Shown here one piece after another: positions 41,700 to 41,732 of a DNA stretch of 41,732 nt (positions are counted from its first letter, which is position 1; each line of letters opens with the position of its first letter). The notes under the pieces were generated by a model. That model was not told the DNA's origin. It ran no database searches and saw nothing but the letters and a program-made list of their open reading frames with translations. Source of the stretch: a virus (taxonomy: Duplodnaviria > Caudoviricetes); the IMG/VR virus record IMGVR_UViG_3300036453_000011, positions 1 to 41,732 of that record; one strand, written 5' to 3'. The translations under genes were made by a program, and so were the position numbers.

Positions 41700-41732
41700 A
41701 ATTTTGAGAAATAGTACTAGTGTCTATTGGTG

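Noticed and set aside
1-41732. Alternative genetic code (stop-codon reassignment)
   Set aside because: Conserved genes are full length in code 11, TAA, TAG and TGA all end genes, and no suppressor tRNA was seen.

Overview
This is a 41.7-kb segment of a large lytic dsDNA tailed phage of a Gram-negative host, read in the standard genetic code. The + strand at the left end carries the end of a tail-fibre module and a lysis cassette (GH19 endolysin, i-spanin, o-spanin). Almost everything else is on the - strand: nucleotide and NAD metabolism genes (dimeric dUTPase, DHH and HAD phosphatases, a deaminase, a Nampt-like plus Prs-like pair, ThyX, class II RNR, NADAR), replication genes (ligase, RuvC-like resolvase, a split UDG/exonuclease plus PolA polymerase), six canonical tRNAs and many small hypothetical ORFs. 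The most striking signal is an unannotated 28-codon leader peptide (29342-29428, core NNQTQYNYNW) overlapping mutually exclusive antiterminator and terminator hairpins. It lies directly upstream of a cluster encoding exactly tRNA-Asn, -Gln, -Tyr and -Trp plus NADAR, which suggests a ribosome-stalling attenuator that switches on replacement tRNAs when those tRNAs are depleted. Other notable items are two tRNA-shaped genes whose anticodon arm is replaced by an extended hairpin, three densely structured non-coding regions, an 11-copy promoter-like motif (TCAAY-N14/15-TGGTATAAG) and a prepilin-like micropeptide. All calls come from manual reading; no searches or folding programs were run.
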